DNA of 64,000 nt from Pseudomonadota bacterium (GTDB lineage: Bacteria > Desulfobacterota > Desulfobacteria > Desulfobacterales > Desulfobacteraceae): the NCBI GenBank assembly GCA_018821715.1, contig JAHJLN010000208.1:3863-67862 (forward strand), in the 5' to 3' direction. Positions 18,985 through 28,570 of the stretch are shown piece by piece. A model generated the notes under the pieces. That model was not told where the DNA came from. It did no database searches and worked only from the letters and a program-made list of their open reading frames with translations. Made by a program: the position numbers and the translations under genes. Each line of letters starts with the position of its first letter. Position 1 is the stretch's first letter.

Positions 18985-20985
18985 TTATATGTCTTTTGCT
19001 GCGAAAAACCCGCCATGGATGGCATCGTTTAATTTTCCGGGTTTGACGCAATCACCTGCAGTGGAAAAAGAAATGCCAAGAGGCTCAATCTGTTTTTCAA
19101 TCTCCTGAACAGGCACGGAGCCCGATGCCAGGATCACCGTGTCAAACAGCGCTGTTTCTTTGTTCCCTTCAGTTTCAAATTCAACAAGGCCGTCTTTGAT
19201 CGACAGAACTTTTGCATTTGTTTTGATGTGAACGCCATATCTTTTCAGGTTGTTCATCAGAATCCATTTGGTTGATTTTCCCACGTCCTGACCTGCCTTG
19301 GGAAGCATTTCAAATACAGTTACATTTGACGACCCGGTAAACATATAATGCTTGAGCCGTTCTAATTCCAGGGCATCATAGGTCACAAGAAAATGAAGCA
19401 TTTCAGGGGAAAGCGTTCCTTTATGGGCAACAAACAAAGCGGTTTCAAGGCCGACCGCTCCGCCGCCGATCACGGCCACGTTTTTACCTAAAAAAGGACT
19501 GTTTTTCAAGACATCCCAGGATGACAGCACACCTAAGTCATCCGCCCCTTTTATGGGGGGAACAAGGGGTTTGGCACCCTGGGCAATGATAAGGTGATCC
19601 GGGTTTATTTTTTTGATCAGATCAAGGTCAACCGTGGTGTTCAAGTGGATCGGTATTTCATGTTTTTTAAGCATGGTCCTGTAATACCGGACATATTCCA
19701 TTAGTTCCCTTTTGTGGGGCGGGGCACCTGCAACCCAGATCTGGCCTCCGATATCATCGGCTTTTTCATAAATTTCAACCCGGTGCCCTGCTTTTTTTGC
19801 GGTCACGGCCGCTTCCAACCCTGCAACGCCTGCTCCCGCCACCATGACGGTTTTGGGGTGAATACATTTTTCAATCCGTCTTTCCCCTTCAAATCCGGCC
19901 CGCACATTTCCGATACAGGATACCGGCCGCCCGGAAAAGATTTCATCGGTACACCCCTGGGAACAGGCCACGCAGGGTCTGATCTCTTCCGGAGTTCCGT
20001 TTTTTGCTTTTTGGGGCCAGAAAGGATCTGCAATCAATACCCGGCCAAGGTTGACCATGTCTGCCTGGCCGTCTCGTAAAATCTGTTCTGCCTGATCGGG
20101 CGTGGTAATCCGGTTGGATGCCATGACCGGTATGGACACGGCTTTTTTAATATTCATGGCCAGCCAGGAAAACCCGGATCGCGGCAACTCCATGGGAAGC
20201 TGGGGGATTTTTGATTCATGCCAACCGCCGGTCACATTGATGATATTGGCCCCGGCTTTTTCATAAATTACTGCAATCTCAGGGGTTTCATCATCTGTTG
20301 TACTGCCGGGAACAAAATCATTTCCCGCCATCCTGACACCAATGGGAAAATCCGGGCCGACTTTTTCCCGGATCATCTCAATAATCTGTCTGCCAAACCG
20401 GGTTCTGTTTTCAAAGCTGCCGCCATAGTCATCTGTTCTGATGTTTGTCAAAGGGGATAAAAACTGGGTAATCAGGTAGCCGGCAGATCCAATGATTTCA
20501 ACCCCTTCAAATCCAGATTTTTTTGCCCGTTCTGCTGCAGTGGCAAAGGCTTCTTTGACAATTCGGATATCGTCAAGGGTCATCTCTTTGGGTGTTGTTT
20601 TGGTGTATTTGGAAAACACGGCTGAAGGGGCAATGGGGGTTTCATTGTTGATCAGGAAGGGATAGGTATAGGCGCCGCCGTGAAACAGTTGAATCCAGGG
20701 GCTGGCACCCTGGGCCTTAATCATATCCGTGGCCTTGATAAATGAATCAATGGCCTCATCTTTGGCAAGGGACAGGGGCACAAACCCGGACCCGATAAAA
20801 TCAATGCCCACAGGCCCGATGGTCACGATGCCGGCGCCGCCTTTTGCAATCTCAGTGTAGAAATTGTAATATTTATCATTGAGCTTTGTATCATAGGAAT
20901 ACAAGAGCCCGAGAGAGGGATAGGCAATCCGGTTTTTGATGTCAAGCCGGTTGATCTTTATAGGACTGAATAAATTGGTATACAT
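18985..20985 (-). CDS. fadH: 2,4-dienoyl-CoA reductase (NADPH), FadH-like flavin/Fe-S oxidoreductase
   Basis: OYE barrel (GYLITQFLSP, RTDDYGGSFENR, GGWHE), CVACSQGC Fe-S motif, two Rossmann GxGxxG motifs; 666 aa. Confidence 0.82.
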   Translation of the reverse strand: MYTNLFSPIKINRLDIKNRIAYPSLGLLYSYDTKLNDKYYNFYTEIAKGGAGIVTIGPVGIDFIGSGFVPLSLAKDEAIDSFIKATDMIKAQGASPWIQLFHGGAYTYPFLINNETPIAPSAVFSKYTKTTPKEMTLDDIRIVKEAFATAAERAKKSGFEGVEIIGSAGYLITQFLSPLTNIRTDDYGGSFENRTRFGRQIIEMIREKVGPDFPIGVRMAGNDFVPGSTTDDETPEIAVIYEKAGANIINVTGGWHESKIPQLPMELPRSGFSWLAMNIKKAVSIPVMASNRITTPDQAEQILRDGQADMVNLGRVLIADPFWPQKAKNGTPEEIRPCVACSQGCTDEIFSGRPVSCIGNVRAGFEGERRIEKCIHPKTVMVAGAGVAGLEAAVTAKKAGHRVEIYEKADDIGGQIWVAGAPPHKRELMEYVRYYRTMLKKHEIPIHLNTTVDLDLIKKINPDHLIIAQGAKPLVPPIKGADDLGVLSSWDVLKNSPFLGKNVAVIGGGAVGLETALFVAHKGTLSPEMLHFLVTYDALELERLKHYMFTGSSNVTVFEMLPKAGQDVGKSTKWILMNNLKRYGVHIKTNAKVLSIKDGLVEFETEGNKETALFDTVILASGSVPVQEIEKQIEPLGISFSTAGDCVKPGKLNDAIHGGFFAAKDI

Positions 20986-21024
20986 GCTATATCCTTGATC
21001 TGTTTGTTGATATTTAAAAAATGG

Positions 21025-22176
21025 TTATAACCCTGAAAACTTGGCAATCACATCGCACATCACTTCACTGGCACCGCCGCCAATGGAAATCAGTCTGGAA
21101 TCCCTGTAAAATCGTGAAATTTTCATTTCATTCATCAGGCCCATCCCGCCATGCATCTGAAGGCACCCGTCCGCCACTTCAGTGAGCAGGTCCCCGCTTT
21201 TCAGCTTTGCCATGGAAATCATCAGGGTGGCATCCTGGCCGGCCATTTTCATCCGTACAATATGATAGGTCAGCTGCTGGAGGCATTCAATCTCGGTCAG
21301 CCATTTGGCAATCCTGTGGCGCAGCACCTGTTTTTTAATCAATGGCTTGCCAAACACCACCCGTGCCTTGAGATACTCCACCGCATCGGCAATCATTTGT
21401 CTGGCCCAGATATAGGCCATGGGAAGCACGCTGAATCTTTCGTGCTGGAACTGCATCATCTGCTGGATAAAGCCTTCCCCTTCCCGGCCGATCAGATTTT
21501 TTGCTGGAATGATCATGTCATCAAAATAAAGTTCAGCAGTATCAGAGCTTCTCATTCCAAGTTTATCCAGTTTTTTGCTGACGTGGAACCCGGGCAGGTT
21601 TGTGGGAACGACAAAGAGTGAGTATGAATGGTATCCGGGATCATCACTGGTTCTGGCCAGAAGGGTTAAAAAATCTGCCTGGGTGCCGTTGGTGATAAAT
21701 GTTTTGGACCCGTTCAGGATATAATGGTCCCCCTCTTTTTTTGCAAAGGTTTTCAAGGCTGCCACATCTGATCCGGCATCCGGTTCCGTCACGGCAATGG
21801 CCGCGACCAGATCCCCCTTAAGGGCGGGTTTCAGATAGGTTTCTTTTAAGAAATCAGAACCGAAATCATAAATAGCCGGAGTCGCCATATTGGACTGAAC
21901 CGCTATGGCCATGGGAATACCGCCACAGTCTATTTTTGCACACTCTTCCAGCACCACGGTTTCATACCAGTAATCAAGGCCTTCCCCGCCCCATTTTTCA
22001 TCATACCGGATGCCAAGGAATCCTAAATCCCCCATCTTTTTAAACAAGTCATGCAGGGGCGCAATGCCTTTTTCTTCCCATTCATCCACGTGCGGATTAA
22101 TCTCTTTGGTCACAAAATCCTTCACAGCTTTCCTGACCTGCTCATGTTCCCTTGTAAAATACAAATCTTTTCCCAT
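21025..22176 (-). CDS. Acyl-CoA dehydrogenase (citronellyl-CoA dehydrogenase AtuD-like)
   Basis: AVTEPDAGSDVA, LNGSKTFITNG, KLGMRSSDTAEL, QFQHER, SIGGGASE; sits two genes downstream of atuA. Confidence 0.88.
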   Translation of the reverse strand: MGKDLYFTREHEQVRKAVKDFVTKEINPHVDEWEEKGIAPLHDLFKKMGDLGFLGIRYDEKWGGEGLDYWYETVVLEECAKIDCGGIPMAIAVQSNMATPAIYDFGSDFLKETYLKPALKGDLVAAIAVTEPDAGSDVAALKTFAKKEGDHYILNGSKTFITNGTQADFLTLLARTSDDPGYHSYSLFVVPTNLPGFHVSKKLDKLGMRSSDTAELYFDDMIIPAKNLIGREGEGFIQQMMQFQHERFSVLPMAYIWARQMIADAVEYLKARVVFGKPLIKKQVLRHRIAKWLTEIECLQQLTYHIVRMKMAGQDATLMISMAKLKSGDLLTEVADGCLQMHGGMGLMNEMKISRFYRDSRLISIGGGASEVMCDVIAKFSGL

Positions 22177-22208
22177 TTTATTATTATCCTTTTTAATCCC
22201 TGTTTGTT

Positions 22209-23906
22209 TTATGATCGCTTTTTGATTTCCATGGCTCTCAGATCTTTTCTGAGCACCTTTCCCACATTGGTTTTCGGCAGTTCATCAATAAATTCAATTT
22301 GGGTGGGAAGCTTGTATGCGGCAAGCTTTGGTTTGCAATAGTCAATCATTTCTTCCCCGGTGGCCTGCTCCCCTTTTACAAGCACGATAAACGCTTTGAT
22401 CTGTTCTCCTCTTGTCGGGTGGGGTACGCCTATGGCACAGGCTTCCTGAACCTTGGGATGTTCGAACAGCACTTCATCTATATCTCTTGGATAGACATTG
22501 TACCCGCCTGAGATGATCATATCCTTAATTCTGTCTACGATAAAAAAGTAGCCGTCTTCATCCATATATGCGATATCACCGGTATGCAGCCATCCGTTCA
22601 CAATGGTTTTCTTGGTTTCGCCCGGCATGTTTAAATATCCTTTCATCACCTGGGGGCCTTGAATCACCATCTCCCCGGAATCCCCCACACCCAGATCCAT
22701 TAAAGGGTCGTTGAGGTCCACAATCCTGCACAGGGTGTCAGGTAAGGGAATCCCGATGCTGCCCACCTTTCTTAATCCGTTTTCAAATGGGTTTACATGG
22801 GTGGCAGGGCTTGATTCCGTCATCCCGAAGGCTTCGATAATGGTGGCCCCTGTTTTTTCCTCAAATCCTTTGATCACTTCGACAGGAAGGGGGGCGCTGC
22901 CGGAAACACAGGCCTTGATGGAGGAAAGATCTGTTGTTGCCAATTTTTTATGGTTTAAAATCCCAATAAACATTGTGGGAACAAGGGGCGCAAAAGTCGG
23001 TTTGAATTTTTCCATGGCTTCCAAAAGAGGTTCCGGCTGGGGCTTGGGCACAAGGATATTGGTCCAGCCTTTGGAAATGGCAAAATTCATGGATACGGTA
23101 AGCCCCATGACATGGAAAAAAGGCAGTGCCCCTATCATAACCTCATTTCGGGCTTCCTTGAATCCCGGGAGCCAGGCGTCAATCTGCTGGGTCTGGCAGC
23201 TCAAATTCCCATGGGTCAGCACGGCACCTTTGGAAACACCTGTTGTGCCACCGGTGTACTGGTACATGGCCACATCATCAAACGTGATATCAGCTGTTTT
23301 TACAGAGGGCGGATAGTGGTTGATGACAGTTTTCCATTTATAGATGTCATGGGCCGGCTTGACCTTGGCAGCCAGTTTTTTCTTTTTTGCCACCAGAGGA
23401 AACAAAAGGTTTTTTGGAAAGGGGAGATAATCACCAATGGAAGTTATAACAATTGTTTTAATGGCAGTCTTTGGTCTTAAATCAATCATCCTGTTTGCCA
23501 GCAGATCAAGGGTAATCAGATGCGTGGAATTTGAATCGTTAAACTGGTGTAAAAGTTCCCTGTCAGAGTATAAGGGATTGTTCATCACGGCAATGGCCCC
23601 GATTTTTAAGATAGCGTAAAAGCTGACCGGGCAGGGGATGACATTGGGCAGGAGAATGGATATTGCATCTTTTTTTTTAACGCCCTGATCCACAAGAAAA
23701 GCTGCAAACCGATCGACCATCTCATTGAAAGCTTTAAAGGTCATTTTGTATCCCTGGAAAATAAACGCTGTATGGTCGGGAATGTCTCTGCTGTTTTTTT
23801 CAAGGAACTCATGAAGAAGGGTGTTTTTAAACGCAATAGATTCAGGGACGTCCTTGTCGTAAAATTTGAGCCAGGGTTTGTCCTGGTATCTTGTGGTTTG
23901 TTTCAA
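22209..23906 (-). CDS. Long-chain fatty-acid--CoA ligase
   Basis: YTGGTTGVSKG, FGMTE, WLHTGD, LPKTNVGKVLR; TTG start with AGGAG RBS. Confidence 0.92.
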   Translation of the reverse strand: MKQTTRYQDKPWLKFYDKDVPESIAFKNTLLHEFLEKNSRDIPDHTAFIFQGYKMTFKAFNEMVDRFAAFLVDQGVKKKDAISILLPNVIPCPVSFYAILKIGAIAVMNNPLYSDRELLHQFNDSNSTHLITLDLLANRMIDLRPKTAIKTIVITSIGDYLPFPKNLLFPLVAKKKKLAAKVKPAHDIYKWKTVINHYPPSVKTADITFDDVAMYQYTGGTTGVSKGAVLTHGNLSCQTQQIDAWLPGFKEARNEVMIGALPFFHVMGLTVSMNFAISKGWTNILVPKPQPEPLLEAMEKFKPTFAPLVPTMFIGILNHKKLATTDLSSIKACVSGSAPLPVEVIKGFEEKTGATIIEAFGMTESSPATHVNPFENGLRKVGSIGIPLPDTLCRIVDLNDPLMDLGVGDSGEMVIQGPQVMKGYLNMPGETKKTIVNGWLHTGDIAYMDEDGYFFIVDRIKDMIISGGYNVYPRDIDEVLFEHPKVQEACAIGVPHPTRGEQIKAFIVLVKGEQATGEEMIDYCKPKLAAYKLPTQIEFIDELPKTNVGKVLRKDLRAMEIKKRS

Positions 23907-23953
23907 GCTTATCTCCTTTCCATGGGTGAGGATGTTTTATCTTTTCCCTTGTT

Positions 23954-25732
23954 TCACGGGTTTAAATATTCAGGGATTTCAATGATTTTTACCCGGAGGT
24001 ATTCGCCCAGGGTTTTTGCCTGGGGATCACTTCTTAAAGAGGCGGCAACGCCTTCCTCCAGCACACCTATTATGTAAAAATTAAGGGCAAAAAGATTGGG
24101 CAGCACATATCTTTCAATGTCAAATACTGCCATGTCCGGCAGCAATTGTTTTAATTTATGGATTGATAAAAAGTCCTTTAGAAACGCAAACCCCTGTTCA
24201 TTTTTTGCCCACACGCCCAGATTGGCATTCCCCCCTTTATCACCGGATCTTGTGGCAAAAAGCCTTCCAAATGCTATTTTTGTAAAAGGGCCTGCAGGGG
24301 GTGCGTCACTGACTGCTGAAGCTGTTTTGTCCTGTGATGCTACAGCTCCAAAGCGTTCAACACTGGGGGGGAAAATCTTATTTTCAATCCTGTGAACCTC
24401 GTCATTGACCACCACCTGGTGGCAGATATTTTTCAAAGAAACCAGGGCGGGCCAGTGCAGGATTGCAGGGGTTTCCCCGGAAGGCGGCCCTGTGAGGGTA
24501 AAGCCCGGAATGGTGGAAAGCGCGGCCTCTATAATGGCAGATGAAAACAGTTTACCCACCTTTGTTTTGTCCTTGTCCATGACACTGAGTCTTAAATATG
24601 AAAACGCTTCGTCATTTGTTGCAGGGTCAAAATTTCCGGATTTTGTAAGGGTCACATCTGTTTTTTCAAACTGGTCCTTGCCCCCCAGAAGGCCAAACAC
24701 AACCTGTTCAACAATGCCTGCTTTTTTTTCAATATCCAGCCCGGTCAAAATAACGGTCATGCTGTTTTTATATCCGGACATGGTATTGATGCAGACCTTT
24801 GTGAAGCCGGTAGGGGGTTCTCCTTTTACGCCGGATACCAGAACCTTGTCATCTCCAAGGTCTTTTATGTCAAGGGTATCAAACCGGACCTTCACATCCG
24901 GGGTAAGGTAGACAGGCTCCCTGATTTCATATAACAGCTGGGCCGTCACCGTTCCCTTTGATACAAGGCCGCCTGTTTTTTTATGCTTGGTAATGACAAA
25001 GGAGCCGTCTTCATGCATCCGGGCAATGGGGAATCCCATGTTTTCATAGGAAGGGATCTCTTCCATAAAAGAATAGTTACCCCCTGTGGCCTGGGTGCCG
25101 CATTCAATAATATGTCCGGCTGCATAGCCTCCGGCCAGTTTGTCAAAATCAGTTTTTTTCCAGTCAAATTTCCAGGCGGCAGGACCGGCAACCAAAGCAG
25201 CATCGGCAAGCCTTCCGCCCACCACGATATCAGCGCCCTGTTCCAGGGCTTTTTTGATCCCGAACCCGCCAAGATATGCATTGGCGGTCAAGGGTTTCAG
25301 CCCTGAAGAGGCTAAACTGATGTTTTTATCCAGGTGCACAAACGCTTCACCGGATTCCCGGAGGGCCGGAAGGCAGGGCATCAGGTCGTCCCCTTGGATG
25401 TAGGCAATGGTCGGATTTAGCCCCAATGTCCGGCTCAAAGCCGTAAGATCCTTTGCCAGTCCTGCCGGGTTTAATCCCCCGGCATTGGCAACGATTTTTA
25501 TGCCGTTATCAAGACAACTGCCCATGACCTGTTCCATCTGCCTGAGAAACGTTGTGACATATCCCTTGTCCGGATCTTTTAATCTCATCCTGAACAGCAG
25601 TGCCATGGTCAGCTCGGCAAGATAATCACCGGTCAATACATCAATCTTACCGCCTTCTACCAGCTCTTTTGCCGCACTGAGCCGGTCGCCGTAAAACCCT
25701 GAACAATTTGCAATAATCAGTTCTTTTGTCAT
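23954..25732 (-). CDS. atuA: Acyclic terpene utilization AtuA family protein
   Basis: IANCSGFYGDR, GDYLAELTM, NAGGLNP, GHIIECG, QLLYEI, RSGDKGGNANLG, DPQAK; start ATG 25732. Confidence 0.9.
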   Translation of the reverse strand: MTKELIIANCSGFYGDRLSAAKELVEGGKIDVLTGDYLAELTMALLFRMRLKDPDKGYVTTFLRQMEQVMGSCLDNGIKIVANAGGLNPAGLAKDLTALSRTLGLNPTIAYIQGDDLMPCLPALRESGEAFVHLDKNISLASSGLKPLTANAYLGGFGIKKALEQGADIVVGGRLADAALVAGPAAWKFDWKKTDFDKLAGGYAAGHIIECGTQATGGNYSFMEEIPSYENMGFPIARMHEDGSFVITKHKKTGGLVSKGTVTAQLLYEIREPVYLTPDVKVRFDTLDIKDLGDDKVLVSGVKGEPPTGFTKVCINTMSGYKNSMTVILTGLDIEKKAGIVEQVVFGLLGGKDQFEKTDVTLTKSGNFDPATNDEAFSYLRLSVMDKDKTKVGKLFSSAIIEAALSTIPGFTLTGPPSGETPAILHWPALVSLKNICHQVVVNDEVHRIENKIFPPSVERFGAVASQDKTASAVSDAPPAGPFTKIAFGRLFATRSGDKGGNANLGVWAKNEQGFAFLKDFLSIHKLKQLLPDMAVFDIERYVLPNLFALNFYIIGVLEEGVAASLRSDPQAKTLGEYLRVKIIEIPEYLNP

Positions 25733-25733
25733 G

Positions 25734-26513
25734 TTATTTTCCTGTAAACAAAGGGGGCCTTTTTTCCAAAAATGCACTGATCCCTTCTTTTGCATCATCT
25801 GTTTTGGTAACAATTGAAAGCTGTTCTGAAAGAAAATGAACCGCTTCATCAAAGGGCAGGGAGTCAACACGATTAAACGCCAGTTTTCCCAGCTTCATTC
25901 CAATAGGGCTTTTCATGGTTAGCGCCTTAAGAATGGCCTGGGTTTTTTCTTCAAACTCGTTTTTGGGAAAAATCCTTGTGACCATCCCCATTTCAAGCGC
26001 ATCTGCAGCAGAAAGCCTTTCACCCAGCATCATCATTTCCATGGCTTTTTTTCTCAATACATTCCGGAAAATCAGGGCCCCGATCATCATTGGAAACAGT
26101 CCCACATTGACTTCCGGGGTCCCGAAGGTTGCATCATCTCTTGCCAGGACAATATCACAGGCCAGCATAAACCCGGTCCCGCCGGCCAGGCAGTGCCCGT
26201 TTATTCTGGCAAGGGTGGGTTTTTCAAACCGGTAAATCCTGATTAAAAGATCAGCATATTGTTTAAAAATTTGTTTTTCCTTATCAGCATCAGACCCCAT
26301 GCTGCCTGAAAGATCAGCGCCTGAGCAGAAAACCCGGTCTCCTGCGCCTGTGATGCAGACAACCTTAACCGCAACGTCTTTTCGGGCCTTGTCAAGCGCT
26401 TCAAAAAACAGTTGGATCGCATCAGGGCTGATGGCATTCCCACGGTTTTCCCTGTTAATGGTGATAAAGCCAACCCCATCTTCCCGGTGGTATAAAAGAT
26501 CTTTTTGTGTCAT
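25734..26513 (-). CDS. Enoyl-CoA hydratase/isomerase (AtuE/LiuC-like)
   Basis: FCSGADL, GHCLAGG, FGTPEVNVG, EGISAFLEKR. Confidence 0.9.
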   Translation of the reverse strand: MTQKDLLYHREDGVGFITINRENRGNAISPDAIQLFFEALDKARKDVAVKVVCITGAGDRVFCSGADLSGSMGSDADKEKQIFKQYADLLIRIYRFEKPTLARINGHCLAGGTGFMLACDIVLARDDATFGTPEVNVGLFPMMIGALIFRNVLRKKAMEMMMLGERLSAADALEMGMVTRIFPKNEFEEKTQAILKALTMKSPIGMKLGKLAFNRVDSLPFDEAVHFLSEQLSIVTKTDDAKEGISAFLEKRPPLFTGK

Positions 26514-27022
26514 AGGGTCTCCTCTTGTTTTTCAATATCCACAAGAATATCAGCCGGCATGACCTTGTCCCCGACTGCTGCATTTATCTTTGATACGATT
26601 CCGTCAAAAGGGGCAAAAAGGGTGGTTTCCATTTTCATGGCAGATACAATGATCAATCCCTGGCCTTTTTTTACCCGGTCCCCAACCTGTGTCAATACGC
26701 CGGTCACAACAGCCGGCATGGGAGAGGCAACGATTGTTGCAGTGGCAACAAGGCTTTTTGTCCTGGGATGGGTTTGTTCAACCAGGTCTGCATCCATGAT
26801 TTCAAAGGATTGTCCTTTTATCATTATAGTTTTTGTGTCCCCGTTATTGCAGATAAAGGCATTTATATTCTGCCCGTTTATTGAGAGCAATATCTGGTGA
26901 TCCGATATCGGTACAAATGATGCCGATAAGACCTTGCTTTCTGTTATAATTTTTAGGGTCTGATCAGAAACAATTGCTTGTATTGATTTTTTTTCCTGGT
27001 TTACAATCAAATTGTATTCCAT
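26510..27022 (-). CDS. Biotin carboxyl carrier protein (BT plus BCCP domain)
   Basis: SPMPA...SAMKME biotinylation motif. Confidence 0.9.
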   Translation of the reverse strand: MEYNLIVNQEKKSIQAIVSDQTLKIITESKVLSASFVPISDHQILLSINGQNINAFICNNGDTKTIMIKGQSFEIMDADLVEQTHPRTKSLVATATIVASPMPAVVTGVLTQVGDRVKKGQGLIIVSAMKMETTLFAPFDGIVSKINAAVGDKVMPADILVDIEKQEETL

Positions 27023-27042
27023 TGGTTTCTCCTGTGAGTCCT

Positions 27043-28530
27043 CTATAGGTTCCAGTTCCCCAGCCTATCCCAGGGAGACAGGGGTTCTTTTGTTTGAAGA
27101 AAGGAGTGGCTTTTGTTTTCAGCACCCCCCAGAGCATCGGCAATAAACGCGATCATGGCCATATCCTTAAAGTCTTTTTCAGGTTGCCAGCCTGAAAAAC
27201 AGGTCTCAATAAAATCAGTAAACACCTCATTGTTTTGAAACGGGCTGGAACTTAAAACCGCTATCATAAACTCAATGGGTGTTTTGACGCCCAGAATGAC
27301 ATAGTCCTGCAATGCTTTGATCATTTTGCCGATCGCCTGGTCCCGTGTCCTTGCATGAACCACCAGCTTGGACAGGATCGGATCATACTCCACCGGGACG
27401 TCAAAACCCTGGTATACCCCGCAATCATTCCGGATTCCCGGCCCCATGGGTTCTTTCATGAACCGGATGTTTCCAGGACACGGCAAAAAGTTATTTTCAG
27501 GATCTTCAGCATAAATTCTGCATTCAATGGCATGCCCTCTGGGCTGGATATCCTCTTGGGTGATATTTAGGCGCTCGCCTGCCGCGATCCGAATCTGCTG
27601 TTCTACAAGATCCACACCCGTGGTCATTTCCGTAATGGGGTGTTCCACCTGGAGTCGTGTGTTGATCTCCAGAAAATAAAAATGATTTTGTTCATCCAAA
27701 AGGAATTCCACTGTGCCTGCATTTTCATAGTGCGATGCTTTTGCCGCCTTGACGGCAGCATTTCCCATTTTCTGACGCAGGTTGGGGCTTAATACCAGAC
27801 AAGGGGTTTCCTCGATGATTTTCTGGTGCCGCCGCTGGATGGAACATTCCCGTTCAAACAGGTGAATGGTATTTCCAAAGCTGTCTGCCAGAACCTGGAA
27901 TTCGATATGCCGGGCTTTGGTAAAAAATTTTTCAATATACACCTGTCCGTTTCCAAAGGCGTTTAAGGCTTCCCGTGAGGCTGATCCGACAGCCACCTCC
28001 ATTTCTTCAGGTGAGTTGACAACCCTGATACCTTTGCCCCCGCCACCTGCCGTGGCTTTGATCAGAATTGGGTAGCCTATTTTTTCTGCCTCAGCCGTTA
28101 ATACAGCCACATCTGTTTCGCAACTCATCAAGCCCGGTATTACCGGAACACCGCCATCCATCATGATTTGTCTTGACGTAATTTTATCCCCAAGATTTTT
28201 GATCACCGCAGCAGACGGGCCGATAAACACAATGCCATCATCCCGGCAGCGCCGGGCAAAGGCATGATTTTCAGAAAGGAACCCGTAACCCGGGTGAATG
28301 GCCTGGGCCTGGGTCTGTTTTGCTGCTGCAATGATTTGATCCATGTTCAGATAACTTAAAGAAGGTTCAGAAGGTCCTATGTAAACAGCTTCATCAGAGC
28401 ACATCACATGGGCTGCTGTTTTGTCGGCATCTGAATAGACGGCAACGGTTTTAATGCCCATATCCCTGCAGGTATTGATGACCCTTACGGCAATTTCTCC
28501 CCGGTTGGCGATCAAAATTTTTTCAAACAT
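27043..28530 (-). CDS. Biotin carboxylase subunit of an acyl-CoA carboxylase (AtuF/LiuD-like)
   Basis: KILIANRGEIA, HPGYGFLSEN, GGGGKG, RECSIQRRHQK, EINTRLQVEH. Confidence 0.93.
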   Translation of the reverse strand: MFEKILIANRGEIAVRVINTCRDMGIKTVAVYSDADKTAAHVMCSDEAVYIGPSEPSLSYLNMDQIIAAAKQTQAQAIHPGYGFLSENHAFARRCRDDGIVFIGPSAAVIKNLGDKITSRQIMMDGGVPVIPGLMSCETDVAVLTAEAEKIGYPILIKATAGGGGKGIRVVNSPEEMEVAVGSASREALNAFGNGQVYIEKFFTKARHIEFQVLADSFGNTIHLFERECSIQRRHQKIIEETPCLVLSPNLRQKMGNAAVKAAKASHYENAGTVEFLLDEQNHFYFLEINTRLQVEHPITEMTTGVDLVEQQIRIAAGERLNITQEDIQPRGHAIECRIYAEDPENNFLPCPGNIRFMKEPMGPGIRNDCGVYQGFDVPVEYDPILSKLVVHARTRDQAIGKMIKALQDYVILGVKTPIEFMIAVLSSSPFQNNEVFTDFIETCFSGWQPEKDFKDMAMIAFIADALGGAENKSHSFLQTKEPLSPWDRLGNWNL

Positions 28531-28570
28531 TATAATGGTTCCTGTTTTTATTTTGGTTAAGCCTTAAATC